DNA of 64,000 bases from Gracilinanus agilis (taxonomy: Eukaryota), in assembly GCF_016433145.1 (NCBI RefSeq), contig NC_058132.1, positions 681,189,786 to 681,253,785 of the forward strand, in the 5' to 3' direction. Of the stretch, positions 62,781 through 64,000 are shown piece after piece. Position 1 is the stretch's first letter, and each line of letters starts with the position of its first letter. The translations under genes were made by a program, and so were the position numbers. The notes beneath the pieces were generated by a model that saw only the letters and a list, made by a program, of their open reading frames with translations, was not told the DNA's origin and searched no databases.

Positions 62781-64000
62781 AATAATAAGGCAAATAAACA
62801 ATAAGTGAAAAGAGTGGAATTCTTTCTATTAATCTGCTGAAAAATACCACTAATGAGGATTCATGTGAACCAATTCTTCATGGAAGTTCCACAAAACCTA
62901 TTAGGAAAAATGGTTTCCCTAAATAATTCACAGAGCAGAAATGTACAATTGAATTGATGAATTCCAGAGAGTTGGAGAGGTGAATGTGAGACTGAGAGAG
63001 AAAGGTAAGGAGAGAAAGAGGGACACTGAGAGAGAGAAAGAGAGAGGAGAGGGCAAGAATAGGACACTTATAAAGAATACTCCTTTGTTCTAGCTGTCTG
63101 ATTTGAAAGGTGAAATTAGGTGTTGTCACTTTGGGGGAAAAAAACACACATTCTTTCATGGGACCATTAGGAATTTCAATCATACTCCCTCAGCCCACTT
63201 CCAAGAACTTTTGTTCAAGACCTGATTTGTAACTATAGACATTAGCAAAGGAAATGTTGAGAAAGAAAAGTAGGATTGCCTGTATGTCCATCTCCAATTC
63301 CACCAATTTCCTTGATTCTACACAAACTCAATTAACTATAATACCCTTTAATTATCCACTAAAATAGTTGTTTTCCAATTCTGAGCGCTTGAACTCTGTA
63401 CAAAACCATGGTTGATACTATGATTGACAGTACTCTTTTGGGGGAGTGGGGACAAGGGAAAGGCAACTCATTCTTCATTAACTACACCACCTTACTAATA
63501 TCTTGATCATTGGGGAAAGGCCTCTGACTGATGTAAATACTGTTTGTCCGCTCAGGAAGTTCACATTCTTGAATGAATTGGAAAAAAAGACTTGAAATTC
63601 AGTCAAATGGAGCCAAATGAGGAAAGGTTTGAATTTCATGGTTTAGAGAAGAAAAATTGTACCCTTGAAGCAAGTGACAGATTCCACTTGGGGCAGTTTA
63701 ATTACCCAGGCATTTGTCCTTGTTCCTTCTAATACTTAATTTTCAATGAAGTACTAACTTGTTTATTTTCAACTGGGACTTGCTGAAAATAGAGCATTCT
63801 AAATTTCTAAATTCATATCTGCTTCTATGTTCAGCTGCTTCTCATCAGAGGATATGGAATGAGCCCTGGTTCTGAGTGAGAGGACTTGCATTTGAATACT
63901 GACTCTATTGCTTATTAATTTTGGACAAGTCTTTTTCTTTCTGTAGCTCAGAGTTTTCTAATAAGTTTTTTGATATTTTTCTAATTTCTAACCCTTCTAA

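Noticed and set aside
942-63183. ORF-track entries as protein-coding genes
   Set aside because: All are 60-153 aa, mostly over SINE/LINE or low-complexity DNA, with no recognisable cellular domain or consistent exon chain.

Overview
AT-rich, CpG-depleted mammalian genomic DNA. It is almost certainly from a didelphid marsupial, most likely Monodelphis domestica, because it is full of tRNA-derived CORE-SINEs of the opossum SINE1 type alongside MAR1, MIR, MIR3, L1, L2, L3/CR1 and hAT MITEs (family names are from recalled consensus motifs; no database search was run). Well over half the window is decayed retroposon sequence, with two assembly gaps (9151-9298, 48308-48471) and a single-N junction (32505). 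I cannot support any complete protein-coding gene, tRNA, rRNA or CRISPR array; the ORF track is repeat-derived or chance. The window looks like a large intron or gene desert with several TE-free, probably constrained blocks. Best leads: (1) a CpG-retaining TE-free element at ~7.5-8.6 kb with a candidate 7-nt minus-strand microexon; (2) a CpG cluster running into the 48.3 kb gap, followed by an open segment ending in a good splice donor; (3) a young SINE1 that seems to have carried ~57 nt of extra 3' sequence inside one TSD pair, lying inverted to a ~90% identical sister copy; (4) an L2 fossil whose YADD-motif segment occurs three times, twice inverted. I found no convincing novel multi-gene system. 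Boundaries of old repeats are approximate (tens of bp).
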